This document shows, one piece after another, positions 1 to 8,273 of a stretch of DNA of 37,257 bases. Source of the DNA: a virus (lineage: Duplodnaviria > Caudoviricetes). Each line of letters begins with the position of its first letter. The first letter of the stretch is position 1. Location: the IMG/VR virus record IMGVR_UViG_3300027804_000015, positions 1 through 37,257 of that record. One strand, 5' to 3'. The translations under genes and the position numbers were made by a program. A model generated the notes under the pieces. The model made no database searches, had not been told where the DNA came from, and was given only the letters and a program-made list of their open reading frames with translations.

Positions 1-91
1 AACAATGGCCCACGAACAGCCAAGCCTGGTGCAGCTGGTCGGGTTTCGACAACAACTGAGAGTGTGCGAGCAAAGCAGCGTCTTGCAAAAA
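1..91. repeat. Terminal direct repeat (assembly overlap), identical to 37167-37257
   Basis: aacaatggcccacg...cttgcaaaaa occurs at both ends, and the scaffold ORF reads in frame across the junction. Confidence 0.97.
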
Positions 92-141
92 CTGGTCGCA
101 TCGATGATGCGGCTTCTGCAATTGAACTTTTATTGAAATGA
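1..141 (+). CDS. 3' end of capsid scaffolding protein (continues from 36327 across the circular junction)
   Basis: Frame NNGPRTAKPGAAGRVSTTTESVRAKQRLAKTGRIDDAASAIELLLK ends at TGA 139-141, in frame with the 36327 ORF. Confidence 0.85.
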   Translation, partial: NNGPRTAKPGAAGRVSTTTESVRAKQRLAKTGRIDDAASAIELLLK

Positions 142-148
142 GGAAATT

Positions 149-1956
149 ATGGCTATCGTAAGTAACACATTCCTGACTTACTCTGCAAAGGGTATTCGGG
201 AAGATTTGAGCAATGTGATCACAAACATTTCGCCTTAATCTGAGGGCCGTTGCAGAGTAATTTGCAATTGATACCAGGAGAATTGCTGGAAACCCCTAAC
301 GGATAGGCAGCCGAGGGCAATCAGCAGCCGAGCCTCGAAAGAGGAAGGTTCAACGACTAGATCGAAAGATCGTAGGACCAAGTGGTCCGAAGCACCTGGC
401 CCCACTAAGTGGGTGAAGATATAGTCTGATCTGTATGGAAACATACAGTCCCAAAAGGGAGGCAAGGTTTAACGAGCCTTGTTCAACATAGATGGAAGAA
501 ACGCCTTACATGAGCAACATTGGCCGTGAAAACGTGTCGAACAGCTTGTTTGAGTTCCAAACTGATACTCTTGCCGCTGCTGCCGCTAATGCACAGCTTG
601 AGGGTGACGACATCACATCTTTTGATGCGGTAACTGCTACTGTGCGTATGCAAAACTATGCACAGATTTCACGCAAGACAATCATCTTGTCAGCTACTGA
701 AGAAGTGGTGAACAAGGCTGGTCGTCGCAGCGAATTGGCGTTAACTTTGCATTGATAAGCGCCCGTATTCGGTAACGAATATTGAAAAACTAGGTGAATT
801 GCTGGAAACCCTTTAGAGCTTGATACACCACAACATAGCCCGAAAGAGCAAGTGTGAAGGTCCAAAAAGAATCAAGATTAGGCAATCAGCAGCCAAGCGC
901 CTTAAAAGGTGAAGGTTCAACGACTAGGGAGTAATCCCGTAGGACCAAGTGGTCCGAAGTGCCTAGCCCCAGAAATGGGTGAAGATATAGTCTGATCTTG
1001 CATGAGAGTGCAAGCCTCGAAAGAGGGTCAGGAAGGTAACGAGTCCTGGCAAACAAAATGACCAAATCGCAAAGCGTGGCGCTGAATTAAAGCGCGATCA
1101 AGAGTTCTCCATGCTCAATGGCGCTATCGCTGTTGCTGGTGACTCTACTACTGCCCGTGCGACTGCTTCTTTGGGTGCGTTTATCAAAACGAACACTGAC
1201 AAGCAGACAAATGGTGTCGATCCATCTTACACAACGCTGCCAAACAGCGCCCGTACAGATGGCAACGTGCGCACATTCACTGAAACCATTCTCAAGAATG
1301 TGATTCAAAAAGTGTGGTCACAAGGTGGTACACCTAAGATTTTGATGTGCGGTCCTGTTAACAAGCAGCGCGTGTCATCTTTCACTGGTATTGCCTCAAG
1401 CCGTTTCAACATTGATGGAGGAGCAAAGCCTGCAACCCTAGTGGGTGCGGTCGATATCTACGTTAACTAATGGCGTCGATAAGCAGTAATGCTTATTTGT
1501 AACTGGGTGAATTCGGTGAACCTCCTAACTGTCAAGCCGGACAAAGGACAATACCGAGCCAAGCTGAGAAATCAGAAGGTGTAACGACTAGAGGCGGGAG
1601 CCTCGTAGGACCAAGCGGTCCGAAGTGCCCAGCCCCTCATAATGAGGGTGAAGAGATAGTCTGATCTACCAGGTAACTGGTAGCCTCGAAAGAGGGATGA
1701 GAAGGTAGCGAGTCTCATTTAACATTGATGCAGTGATTTCGGCAATGTGCAAGTGATTGCAAACCGCTTCCAGCGTGAGCGTGATGCATGGGTGATCGAT
1801 CCTGACTACGCCAAGATGACAGTGCTGCGCCCTTACCAGCAAGTCGAATTGGCGAAGACGGGCGATGCCGAAAAGAGACTTTTGATTTGCGAATGGGGTC
1901 ACAAGATCACTTCTGAGTTGGCTCATGGTTTGGCAGCAGACCTGATTACTTCCTAA
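149..1956 (+). CDS. Major capsid protein, spliced: join(149..235,495..741,1061..1463,1731..1956), 320 aa; resembles the DUF5309/SU10-type MCP family
   Basis: ATG 149 follows GAGGA. Exons total 963 nt and give MAIVSNTFLTYSAKGIREDLSNVITNISP|EETPYMSNIG...AGRRSELA(Y)QIAKRGAELKRDQE...VDIY(V)SDFGNVQVIANRF...DLITS with no internal stop. It follows portal and scaffold genes. Confidence 0.92.
236..494 (+). ncRNA. Group I intron 1 in MCP (259 nt, phase 0, IA-like, no ORF)
   Basis: Exon ends in U235, pairing gccU/Gggc in P1. P2 ttgcaga-GTAA-tttgcaa; core gaattgctggaaa / aatcagcagcc; P7 gacta 355-359 with tagtc 422-426; two hairpins between P7 and P3'; P9 ctgtatg-GAAA-catacag; terminal G494. Confidence 0.93.
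742..1060 (+). ncRNA. Group I intron 2 in MCP (319 nt, phase 1, IA-like, no ORF)
   Basis: P1 ggcgU/Gcgcc; ctttgc can pair with 3' exon gcaaag (P10-like); P7 gacta 922-926 with tagtc 988-992; P9 cttgcat-GAGA-gtgcaag; terminal G1060. Splicing rebuilds a T|AC Tyr codon. Confidence 0.93.
1464..1730 (+). ncRNA. Group I intron 3 in MCP (267 nt, phase 2, IA-like, no ORF)
   Basis: P1 acgU/Gcgt; P2 ataagca-GTAA-tgcttat; P4 ttcggt/accgag; P7 gacta 1586-1590 with tagtc 1657-1661; P9 ctaccag-GTAA-ctggtag; terminal G1730. Splicing rebuilds a GT|C Val codon. Confidence 0.93.
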
Positions 1957-1971
1957 TCGGAAGGTAAATGG

Positions 1972-2000
1972 AAAGGGCCAGGGAAACTTGGCCCTTTTTT
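1972..2000 (+). terminator. Rho-independent terminator after MCP
   Basis: aaagggccag-ggaaa-cttggccc followed by a T-tract, just after the MCP stop. Confidence 0.8.
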
Positions 2001-2003
2001 AAA

Positions 2004-2321
2004 ATGATTGAAAAAAAATTATTTGATGTAAACGCCCAGCAAGGCATCACACGCACCTGGCACTACAACACCGACACCGATGAAGTCACCATCCAGACCC
2101 AGCAAGATGTGACCGATGTCATCGAGGCAAATAAGGCCATCTACAACGCCGTGGATGAGAAGGCCAACTGGACCGGTGAGTGGCACTTGGTGGCATCCAT
2201 CCCCGAATCCCTTTATTACAAGATGAAGGCCGAGGGCAAGATCGATGACCAGGAGTACATGAAGCGCTGGTTAAACTCAAGCGAAAATCAATTCTTTAGA
2301 ACTCGCCCTGGAAAAGTATGA
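2004..2321 (+). CDS. Hypothetical phage protein (alternative start 1968)
   Basis: ORF MIEKKLFDVNAQQG..., coupled to the next gene by an ATGA overlap. Confidence 0.75.
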   Translation: MIEKKLFDVNAQQGITRTWHYNTDTDEVTIQTQQDVTDVIEANKAIYNAVDEKANWTGEWHLVASIPESLYYKMKAEGKIDDQEYMKRWLNSSENQFFRTRPGKV

Positions 2322-2968
2322 ACTACATTGCAGTCTGCACACCGGCCCGTGATCAGGTCCACACCAACTACACATATTGCATGGTCAATATGGTGGCCTA
2401 TCACACACTCAACACAACAGACGCTATCAGTCTGAAATTGATGCAAGGCACGATCATTCAAAACCAAAGGGCTGACCTTTGCTTGGATGCCATGAGAGAG
2501 GGCTGCACCCATATTCTTTTCATTGACTCGGACATGACGTTTCCACAGGACATGGTCCAGCGGCTGCTCAAGCACGACAAAGAGATCGTGGCCGCCAACT
2601 GTGCCAGGCGCAGAATGCCAACTGGCCCAACTGCCCAGAACTATGACGCTGAAGGCAAGCGCCAAGCGGTCTACACCATGCCAGAATCCACTGGATTGGA
2701 AGAGGTGGGAAGCATTGGCACTGGCATAATGCTGATCAAGCGCGAGGTGTTTGAAGGCATGAGCGAGCCATGGTTTGATATGCCGTGGCAGGCCACCAGA
2801 GGCTACATGGGTGAAGATGTGTTCTTTTGTAAGAAAGCTCAAGAGCTGGGCTACAAAGTCTACATCGACCATGACGTTTCAAAGGAAATTGGTCACATTG
2901 GCACGTTTGAATTTCGCCATGAACACACTTGGATTGTGAAAGAAGAGATGGAAAAAGAGGCCCAATAA
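2318..2968 (+). CDS. GT-A fold (GT2-like) glycosyltransferase
   Basis: IAVCTP N-terminal strand, THILFIDSDM DxD motif, GTGIMLIKREVF, GEDVFFC, IGHIG. Confidence 0.8.
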   Translation: MNYIAVCTPARDQVHTNYTYCMVNMVAYHTLNTTDAISLKLMQGTIIQNQRADLCLDAMREGCTHILFIDSDMTFPQDMVQRLLKHDKEIVAANCARRRMPTGPTAQNYDAEGKRQAVYTMPESTGLEEVGSIGTGIMLIKREVFEGMSEPWFDMPWQATRGYMGEDVFFCKKAQELGYKVYIDHDVSKEIGHIGTFEFRHEHTWIVKEEMEKEAQ

Positions 2969-3591
2969 TGGCACTGACAACCTATACAGAGCTGAAGACA
3001 TCCATTGGTGACTGGCTTAATCGGTCGGACCTGACCACGGCCATCCCTGACTTTATCTCTCTGGCCGAGGCACAAATTGAAAGAACGCTGCGCACCAGGC
3101 AGATGATCGTCAGGGCCAATGCGTCTTTTGACGCGCAATATGGCGCTGTGCCAAGTGACTTCTTAGAGACCAAGTCTTTGAAGCTCACAAGCACAAACCC
3201 CCAGACACCATTGTCGTTTCTCAGCATTGATGCCTTGGACAATGAGGCGGCCAATTACACGGCAAGTGGCAAGCCCAAATTCTTTGGTGTGGTCGGTGGC
3301 CAATTCAGAATTGTCCCAACACCTGATGCCAATTACACGACCGAGCTGACCTATTACGCGAAGTTGACAAAGTTATCAAGCAGTGTGGCCAGCAACTGGC
3401 TTTTGGCTTCAAGTCCTGACATTTATCTGTATGGCGCATTGCTCCAGGCTGCACCATACTTGCAAGATGATGCGAGAATCCAGACATGGGCAACGCTGTA
3501 TGAGCGAGCCTTGAACGATTTACAAACTGCCGATGATCGTGGTGCATCTTCTGGTGGTGCATTGCTGACCCGTGCAAAGACTTTTGGATAA
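2968..3591 (+). CDS. Head-tail adaptor / tail tubular protein A-like
   Basis: MALTTYTELKTSIGDWLNRSDL start overlaps the upstream TAA; size and position after the capsid gene fit. Confidence 0.65.
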   Translation: MALTTYTELKTSIGDWLNRSDLTTAIPDFISLAEAQIERTLRTRQMIVRANASFDAQYGAVPSDFLETKSLKLTSTNPQTPLSFLSIDALDNEAANYTASGKPKFFGVVGGQFRIVPTPDANYTTELTYYAKLTKLSSSVASNWLLASSPDIYLYGALLQAAPYLQDDARIQTWATLYERALNDLQTADDRGASSGGALLTRAKTFG

Positions 3592-3601
3592 GGACTAGAC
3601 C

Positions 3602-3997
3602 ATGTCATCTTTTACCGACTACACAGAAAACCTAGTTTTAAATTGGGTTTTCACTACAAATAGCGCAACGCGCCCCACGGCTTGGTATGTTGGCCTTTTC
3701 ACGGCTGCACCCAGTGACACGGGTGGCGGCACTGAGGTGTCTGGCAGTGGCTACGCACGGGTGGTGACTGGCACGATCTCCGGCTCTGGCACGGCCACGA
3801 CATTCACCAATGCAGCGGCCATCGAGTTTGCAGCTGCTTCTGGCGGCAACTGGGGATCAATTGGCTGGGCCGGCATCTTTGATGCAAGCACTTCTGGCAA
3901 CCTATTGGCCTGGGCGCCACTGACCACAGCGCGCACCATCAATGATGGCGATGTCTTGCGCATCCCAGCTACATCTTTGAGCATCACTTTGGCCTGA
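3602..3997 (+). CDS. Virion structural / tail-associated protein
   Basis: YVGLFTAAPSDTGGGTEVSGSGYAR...GIFDASTSGNLL pattern common in phage tail modules; AGGA RBS. Confidence 0.65.
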   Translation: MSSFTDYTENLVLNWVFTTNSATRPTAWYVGLFTAAPSDTGGGTEVSGSGYARVVTGTISGSGTATTFTNAAAIEFAAASGGNWGSIGWAGIFDASTSGNLLAWAPLTTARTINDGDVLRIPATSLSITLA

Positions 3998-3998
3998 T

Positions 3999-4811
3999 AT
4001 GGCAGCCTATGGATCGGGGAATTTTGGTGTTGGCCAATACTCTGATCCGAGGGTAGGCTACGGCTACGGCTCTTACGGGGTCGGCAATTACTCCAGAGGC
4101 TCATTTGAGCCAGGCGTGGCCATCACGGCCACATCCACCATGTCGGTGGGTGCAGGCGTCATTTCCAATGCAACTGTGGCCATCAGCGCCACATCCACCA
4201 TGTCGGTGGCAGCGACCAGATACGCATTTGGCGCTTTGGCAATATCTGACACCAGCACATTGGTGGTCAATGCCAATTCAATTCTTAGAGCAAGTCTGGC
4301 GATATCAGACACAAGCACCATGGCCGTCAACGGCCTGCGCTATGCCATAGGTGCAGCCACAATCAGTGACACAAGCACCATGGCCGTGGCTGGGGTGCGT
4401 TATGCGGTGGGCCAAGCTGCCATCAGCGACACCAGCACCATGGCGGTGGATGGTGTCAGGTATGCCATTGGCGAGGCTTTAATCGTTGACACATCGACAA
4501 TGTCGGTGGTCACAAACATTATTGGATCGACTGGCTTCAATATTGTTGACACCAGCACCATGGCCATTGATGCGCAGCGCAAGCAGCCTGGTGCAATTGC
4601 ATTCACAGAAACATCATCCATGGCGGTCAATGCAAGACTAAAATGGGAAGCAGAAAGTGACACAGCAGAAAGTTGGTCTGGGATATCTGATAATTCAGAG
4701 ACTTGGACACCGATCTCTGACCAGTCAGAAACATGGACTGCAATTAGTGATTCAAGTGAAACTTGGACTCCAATTGCTGATAATAGTGAAACATGGCAAA
4801 TTGCCGCATGA
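3999..4811 (+). CDS. Repetitive Ser/Thr/Ala-rich virion protein
   Basis: About 20-aa repeats (AISDTSTMAVxGxRYA) and C-terminal 10-aa repeats (SETWTPISDx). Confidence 0.75.
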   Translation: MAAYGSGNFGVGQYSDPRVGYGYGSYGVGNYSRGSFEPGVAITATSTMSVGAGVISNATVAISATSTMSVAATRYAFGALAISDTSTLVVNANSILRASLAISDTSTMAVNGLRYAIGAATISDTSTMAVAGVRYAVGQAAISDTSTMAVDGVRYAIGEALIVDTSTMSVVTNIIGSTGFNIVDTSTMAIDAQRKQPGAIAFTETSSMAVNARLKWEAESDTAESWSGISDNSETWTPISDQSETWTAISDSSETWTPIADNSETWQIAA

Positions 4812-4819
4812 GGTGAAAA

Positions 4820-5545
4820 ATGGCTGATACAACCACCACGAATCTATTGCTGACCAAACCCGAAGTCGGTGCATCCACTGACACCTGGGGAACAAAGATC
4901 AATACCGATCTGGACACCATTGACGCATTGTTTGATGCTGGCCCAGTGCTAAAGGTCACAAAAGGTGGAACTGGTGGCGCTACTGCATCGGCAGCCAGGA
5001 CAGCGCTTGGCGTGGCCATTGGCACTGATGTGCTGGCCTATGACTCTAACTTGCAGAGCTTTGTCACTACATTCACGCTGCCAACAACTGACTCCACGGC
5101 CAATTATGTCTTGAAGACAAACGGCTCTGGCACATTGGGTTTTGCAGCTGCTGCCACTGGTGATGTTACTTTGACAGGCACTCAGACCCTGACAAATAAA
5201 ACAGTCGAGGCTGGCACATTCACAAACGGCTACACCGAAGAGGTGAATACGGCCAACACATCCACGGCCTACACAATCAGCCTGGCTGATGGTTCATTTC
5301 AAGTTTTGACCCTGACAGGCAATGCAACGATCACCATGCCAACGGCCACAGCTGGTCGGTCATTCATTTTGCTTTTGAAGCAAGATGGAACAGGCTCACG
5401 CACAGTGACTTGGTCAACAGTTAAATGGCCAGGCGGTACAGCACCGACTGTGACCAGCACGGCATCCAAGCAAGACATTTATTCATTCTTTGCCGATGGT
5501 ACAAACTGGTACGGCACGACTGTCGGCCAGAACTACACACCATAA
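4820..5545 (+). CDS. Tail fibre-like protein
   Basis: Thr/Gly-rich; [26 protein letters not shown] and [13 protein letters not shown]...WPGGTAPT motifs typical of phage fibres. Confidence 0.75.
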   Translation: MADTTTTNLLLTKPEVGASTDTWGTKINTDLDTIDALFDAGPVLKVTKGGTGGATASAARTALGVAIGTDVLAYDSNLQSFVTTFTLPTTDSTANYVLKTNGSGTLGFAAAATGDVTLTGTQTLTNKTVEAGTFTNGYTEEVNTANTSTAYTISLADGSFQVLTLTGNATITMPTATAGRSFILLLKQDGTGSRTVTWSTVKWPGGTAPTVTSTASKQDIYSFFADGTNWYGTTVGQNYTP

Positions 5546-5554
5546 GGACTGACT

Positions 5555-7606
5555 ATGTTTGCAGCAGGGAAAACAGCAGCAGTCTCTGGCGCAGCACCAG
5601 ATGATAAGTTCAACTACGTCACCATGCTATTACATGGCGATGGGACTAATGGCGCACAGAACAATACATTCCTAGACAGCAGTACAAACAACTTTAGCAT
5701 TACCCGAAACGGCAATACAACCCAAGGTTCTTTTTCGCCTTATGGGTCTAATTGGTCTAATTATTTTGTTAGGGCATCTACACAATATTTAACTGTTTCA
5801 AACGCTGGTGGCCAATTTTCGTTTGGAACTGGCGCTTTTACTATTGAATGTTGGGTAAATCTTGCGTCTATGCCATCTGGCACTGGGTATCCTACAAGTT
5901 ATTGGTTATTTGGTGGCGGGCCTGTAGACTCAGATGCTGGAATTGATTTTTACATCAACAATACACAAATTGGGTTTAATTTAACAACATTTTCATCTCC
6001 AACGGCTATTGGTAATCATGGGATGTCAGTAGGTGCTTGGTATCATGTTGCAGTTGTTCGTGGTGGTGGTTCAAACCAAACTGTCTCTATTTACGTAAAT
6101 GGAACTCGTGTTGCAACGGCAAGTAGCGTAACTGCAACTGCTAATGCCGCCACAACAGGAATTGCAATTTCTGCCGCAGAGCCATTGGGGGCAACTAACG
6201 GAAATTTTAATGGATATATTAGCAACCATCGTGTTGTTAAAGGTACGGCTGTTTATGACCCAACACAATCAACATTAACTGTCCCAACAACACCCCTGAC
6301 AGCAGTTACAAACACATCTTTGTTAACTTGCCAAGCAAATCGTTTCTTTGATGCTTCAACAAACGCTTTAACCATCACAGTCAACGGCACACCAAGCGTT
6401 CAACGCTTCAACCCATTTGGTGCTTCTACCGCCTACTCCACAAGCGTGATTGGTGGGTCGGGCTACTTTGATGGTGATGGGGATTATTTGACTGTTGCAG
6501 ACAACGCGGCATTTGAATTTGGCTCTGGCAACTTCACCATTGAAGCGTGGATGTATACGACAGCATCTGGAATCCACACTTTATGTTCCAAAGCTAACTC
6601 AGCAGATAACTCAGAATACGAGATATATCTGTATAACGGAGCAGTTCAAGCGTATGTAAGCAACGGAACAAGCTGGCAAGTAACAATGGCAACCAGCGCT
6701 ATTATTAAAGTCAATGAATGGAATCACATTGCAGTAACTCGCAATGGAAGTTCATGGAATATTTGGGTAAATGGTGTATCGCAAGCAAGTGCAACAGCAT
6801 CGTTCACTATAAATGACAGTTCGCTTGCCCTTGGTATTGGGGCGTTCCCAGATTCAGGCTTTGCCACGACTGGGTATATGTGTGATTTCCGCATGGTCAA
6901 AGGAACAGCGGTTTACACATCGGCATTTACACCACCCACTGCACCTCTGACAGCAATTAGTGGCACTTCTATACTTAACAATTTCACTAACGCAGCCATC
7001 TACGACAACGCCATGATGAACGACTTAGAAACTGTGGGCAATGCACAGATTTCTACAAGCGTGAAGAAATATGGAACGGGGTCTTTGGCGTTTGATGGAA
7101 GTGGTGATTATTTAGCCGCCCCACAAACTGTTAATACAGATTTTGGCACTGGTGATTTTACTGTTGAGTTTTGGGCAAATTGGGCTTCAGCCTCATCAAG
7201 CTCTACTCTTGTGTGCAAATGGGGTCTTGGCTCTAGCAATCAGTATGCGTGGCTAATTAACTATAACACCTCTGGAAACTTATGGTTTTACACAGGTGAT
7301 AGTGGAAGTCCTGGGTCACTATTTACATTTGGATTTACACCCACGACATCAACTTGGTATCACATTGCTTTTACTCGCTCTGGGTCAAGTTTAAGATGTT
7401 TTGTTAATGGAACACAGGCTGGTTCAACAGAAACAACAACCTCAAATATGTCTGCCGTTCAAGGAACTTTTGTTGGAAACAATCCAAACTCAAGTACATA
7501 TTTCAATGGCTATATTGATGACCTACGCATCACCAAAGGCTATGCCAGATACACCGCAAACTTTACAGCACCAACTGCGACATTCTCAGATACAGGCCCA
7601 TATTAA
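5555..7606 (+). CDS. Receptor-binding/tail protein with three LamG (concanavalin A-like) domains
   Basis: Three copies of FGxGxFT(I/V)ExW...W(Y/N)H(I/V)AxxR...(Y/W/F)VNG...GY(I/M)xxxRxxKG. Confidence 0.88.
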   Translation: MFAAGKTAAVSGAAPDDKFNYVTMLLHGDGTNGAQNNTFLDSSTNNFSITRNGNTTQGSFSPYGSNWSNYFVRASTQYLTVSNAGGQFSFGTGAFTIECWVNLASMPSGTGYPTSYWLFGGGPVDSDAGIDFYINNTQIGFNLTTFSSPTAIGNHGMSVGAWYHVAVVRGGGSNQTVSIYVNGTRVATASSVTATANAATTGIAISAAEPLGATNGNFNGYISNHRVVKGTAVYDPTQSTLTVPTTPLTAVTNTSLLTCQANRFFDASTNALTITVNGTPSVQRFNPFGASTAYSTSVIGGSGYFDGDGDYLTVADNAAFEFGSGNFTIEAWMYTTASGIHTLCSKANSADNSEYEIYLYNGAVQAYVSNGTSWQVTMATSAIIKVNEWNHIAVTRNGSSWNIWVNGVSQASATASFTINDSSLALGIGAFPDSGFATTGYMCDFRMVKGTAVYTSAFTPPTAPLTAISGTSILNNFTNAAIYDNAMMNDLETVGNAQISTSVKKYGTGSLAFDGSGDYLAAPQTVNTDFGTGDFTVEFWANWASASSSSTLVCKWGLGSSNQYAWLINYNTSGNLWFYTGDSGSPGSLFTFGFTPTTSTWYHIAFTRSGSSLRCFVNGTQAGSTETTTSNMSAVQGTFVGNNPNSSTYFNGYIDDLRITKGYARYTANFTAPTATFSDTGPY

Positions 7607-7614
7607 GGAACATC

Positions 7615-8073
7615 ATGCAAATAGCAATCTTAACTAGCCCCATCACAGTTGGCGATTATCGTGAACTGTTTAGCAATACATCGTTTCCACCAAGTGGCCC
7701 AAGCGATGAATTCTTGACTGCCAACAATGCCAAGAAAGTAAATGCTTTCAAAGCCCATGACAGTCTGACTCAGAAGTTGGTTTCATGCTCTGCCTATGAC
7801 GATGGTTCATTTGTTTCTATCGTTCAAGTGGCTGACATGAGTGCTGAAGAAATCCAAGCAGCTAAAGACTCTGCAATGGCTCAACTAAGAGCCACACGCA
7901 ATGCTTTATTGCTTGCTTGTGATTGGACTCAGATTGCTGATTGCACAATTCCTAAGAAGGCTGAGTGGGCAACGTATCGCCAGACACTCAGAGACTTTCC
8001 AGCAACTGTCTCTGATGCCAGGGCAACTGTTACATGGCCACACAATCCTGACTGGGTTGAGCGTACTGTCTAA
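7615..8073 (+). CDS. Tail fibre assembly chaperone-like protein
   Basis: C-terminal RATRNALLLACDWTQIAD...WATYRQTLRDFP...WP motif; follows the fibre gene. Confidence 0.75.
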   Translation: MQIAILTSPITVGDYRELFSNTSFPPSGPSDEFLTANNAKKVNAFKAHDSLTQKLVSCSAYDDGSFVSIVQVADMSAEEIQAAKDSAMAQLRATRNALLLACDWTQIADCTIPKKAEWATYRQTLRDFPATVSDARATVTWPHNPDWVERTV

Positions 8074-8075
8074 TC

Positions 8076-8273
8076 ATGGATGCCGATGTTGACAAAAGGC
8101 TTGCCGTGCATGAAGCGATCTGTTTAGAGAGATACAACAACATCGACAAGTCACTGCGCGATGGCGACAAGCGAATGACGAAGATTGAATATCTTCTCTA
8201 TGCTGTGATCGTGGCTGTTTTATTTGGCCCAGGTGTGGCTGCCGAATTCGTCAAGAAGATTTTCGGGCTATGA
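8076..8273 (+). CDS. Small membrane protein (coiled coil plus C-terminal TM), holin/antiholin-like
   Basis: HEAICLERY...IEYLLYAVIVAVLFG; first gene of the lysis region. Confidence 0.6.
   Translation: MDADVDKRLAVHEAICLERYNNIDKSLRDGDKRMTKIEYLLYAVIVAVLFGPGVAAEFVKKIFGL

Noticed and set aside
1-91. Biological terminal repeat of the virion DNA
   Set aside because: It lies mid-gene and has the size of an assembler overlap.
236-1730. The three similar inserts as CRISPR repeats, IS/MITEs or group II introns
   Set aside because: No repeat-spacer periodicity, terminal inverted repeats, target duplications or GUGYG...AY ends; U/G boundaries and the P7 core fit group I.
235-1926. Minus-strand ORFs 235-465, 656-865, 1087-1308 and 1666-1926 as intron-encoded proteins
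   Set aside because: Short, antisense, mostly crossing or outside intron boundaries, with no nuclease motifs.
149-1956. Capsid pseudogene, frameshifting or stop-codon recoding
   Set aside because: The interruptions are discrete structured inserts whose exact removal restores the frame, and all other genes use the standard code.
4100-4800. Diversity-generating retroelement template/variable repeats
   Set aside because: No reverse transcriptase, and the repeats are in-frame protein repeats without adenine-specific variation.
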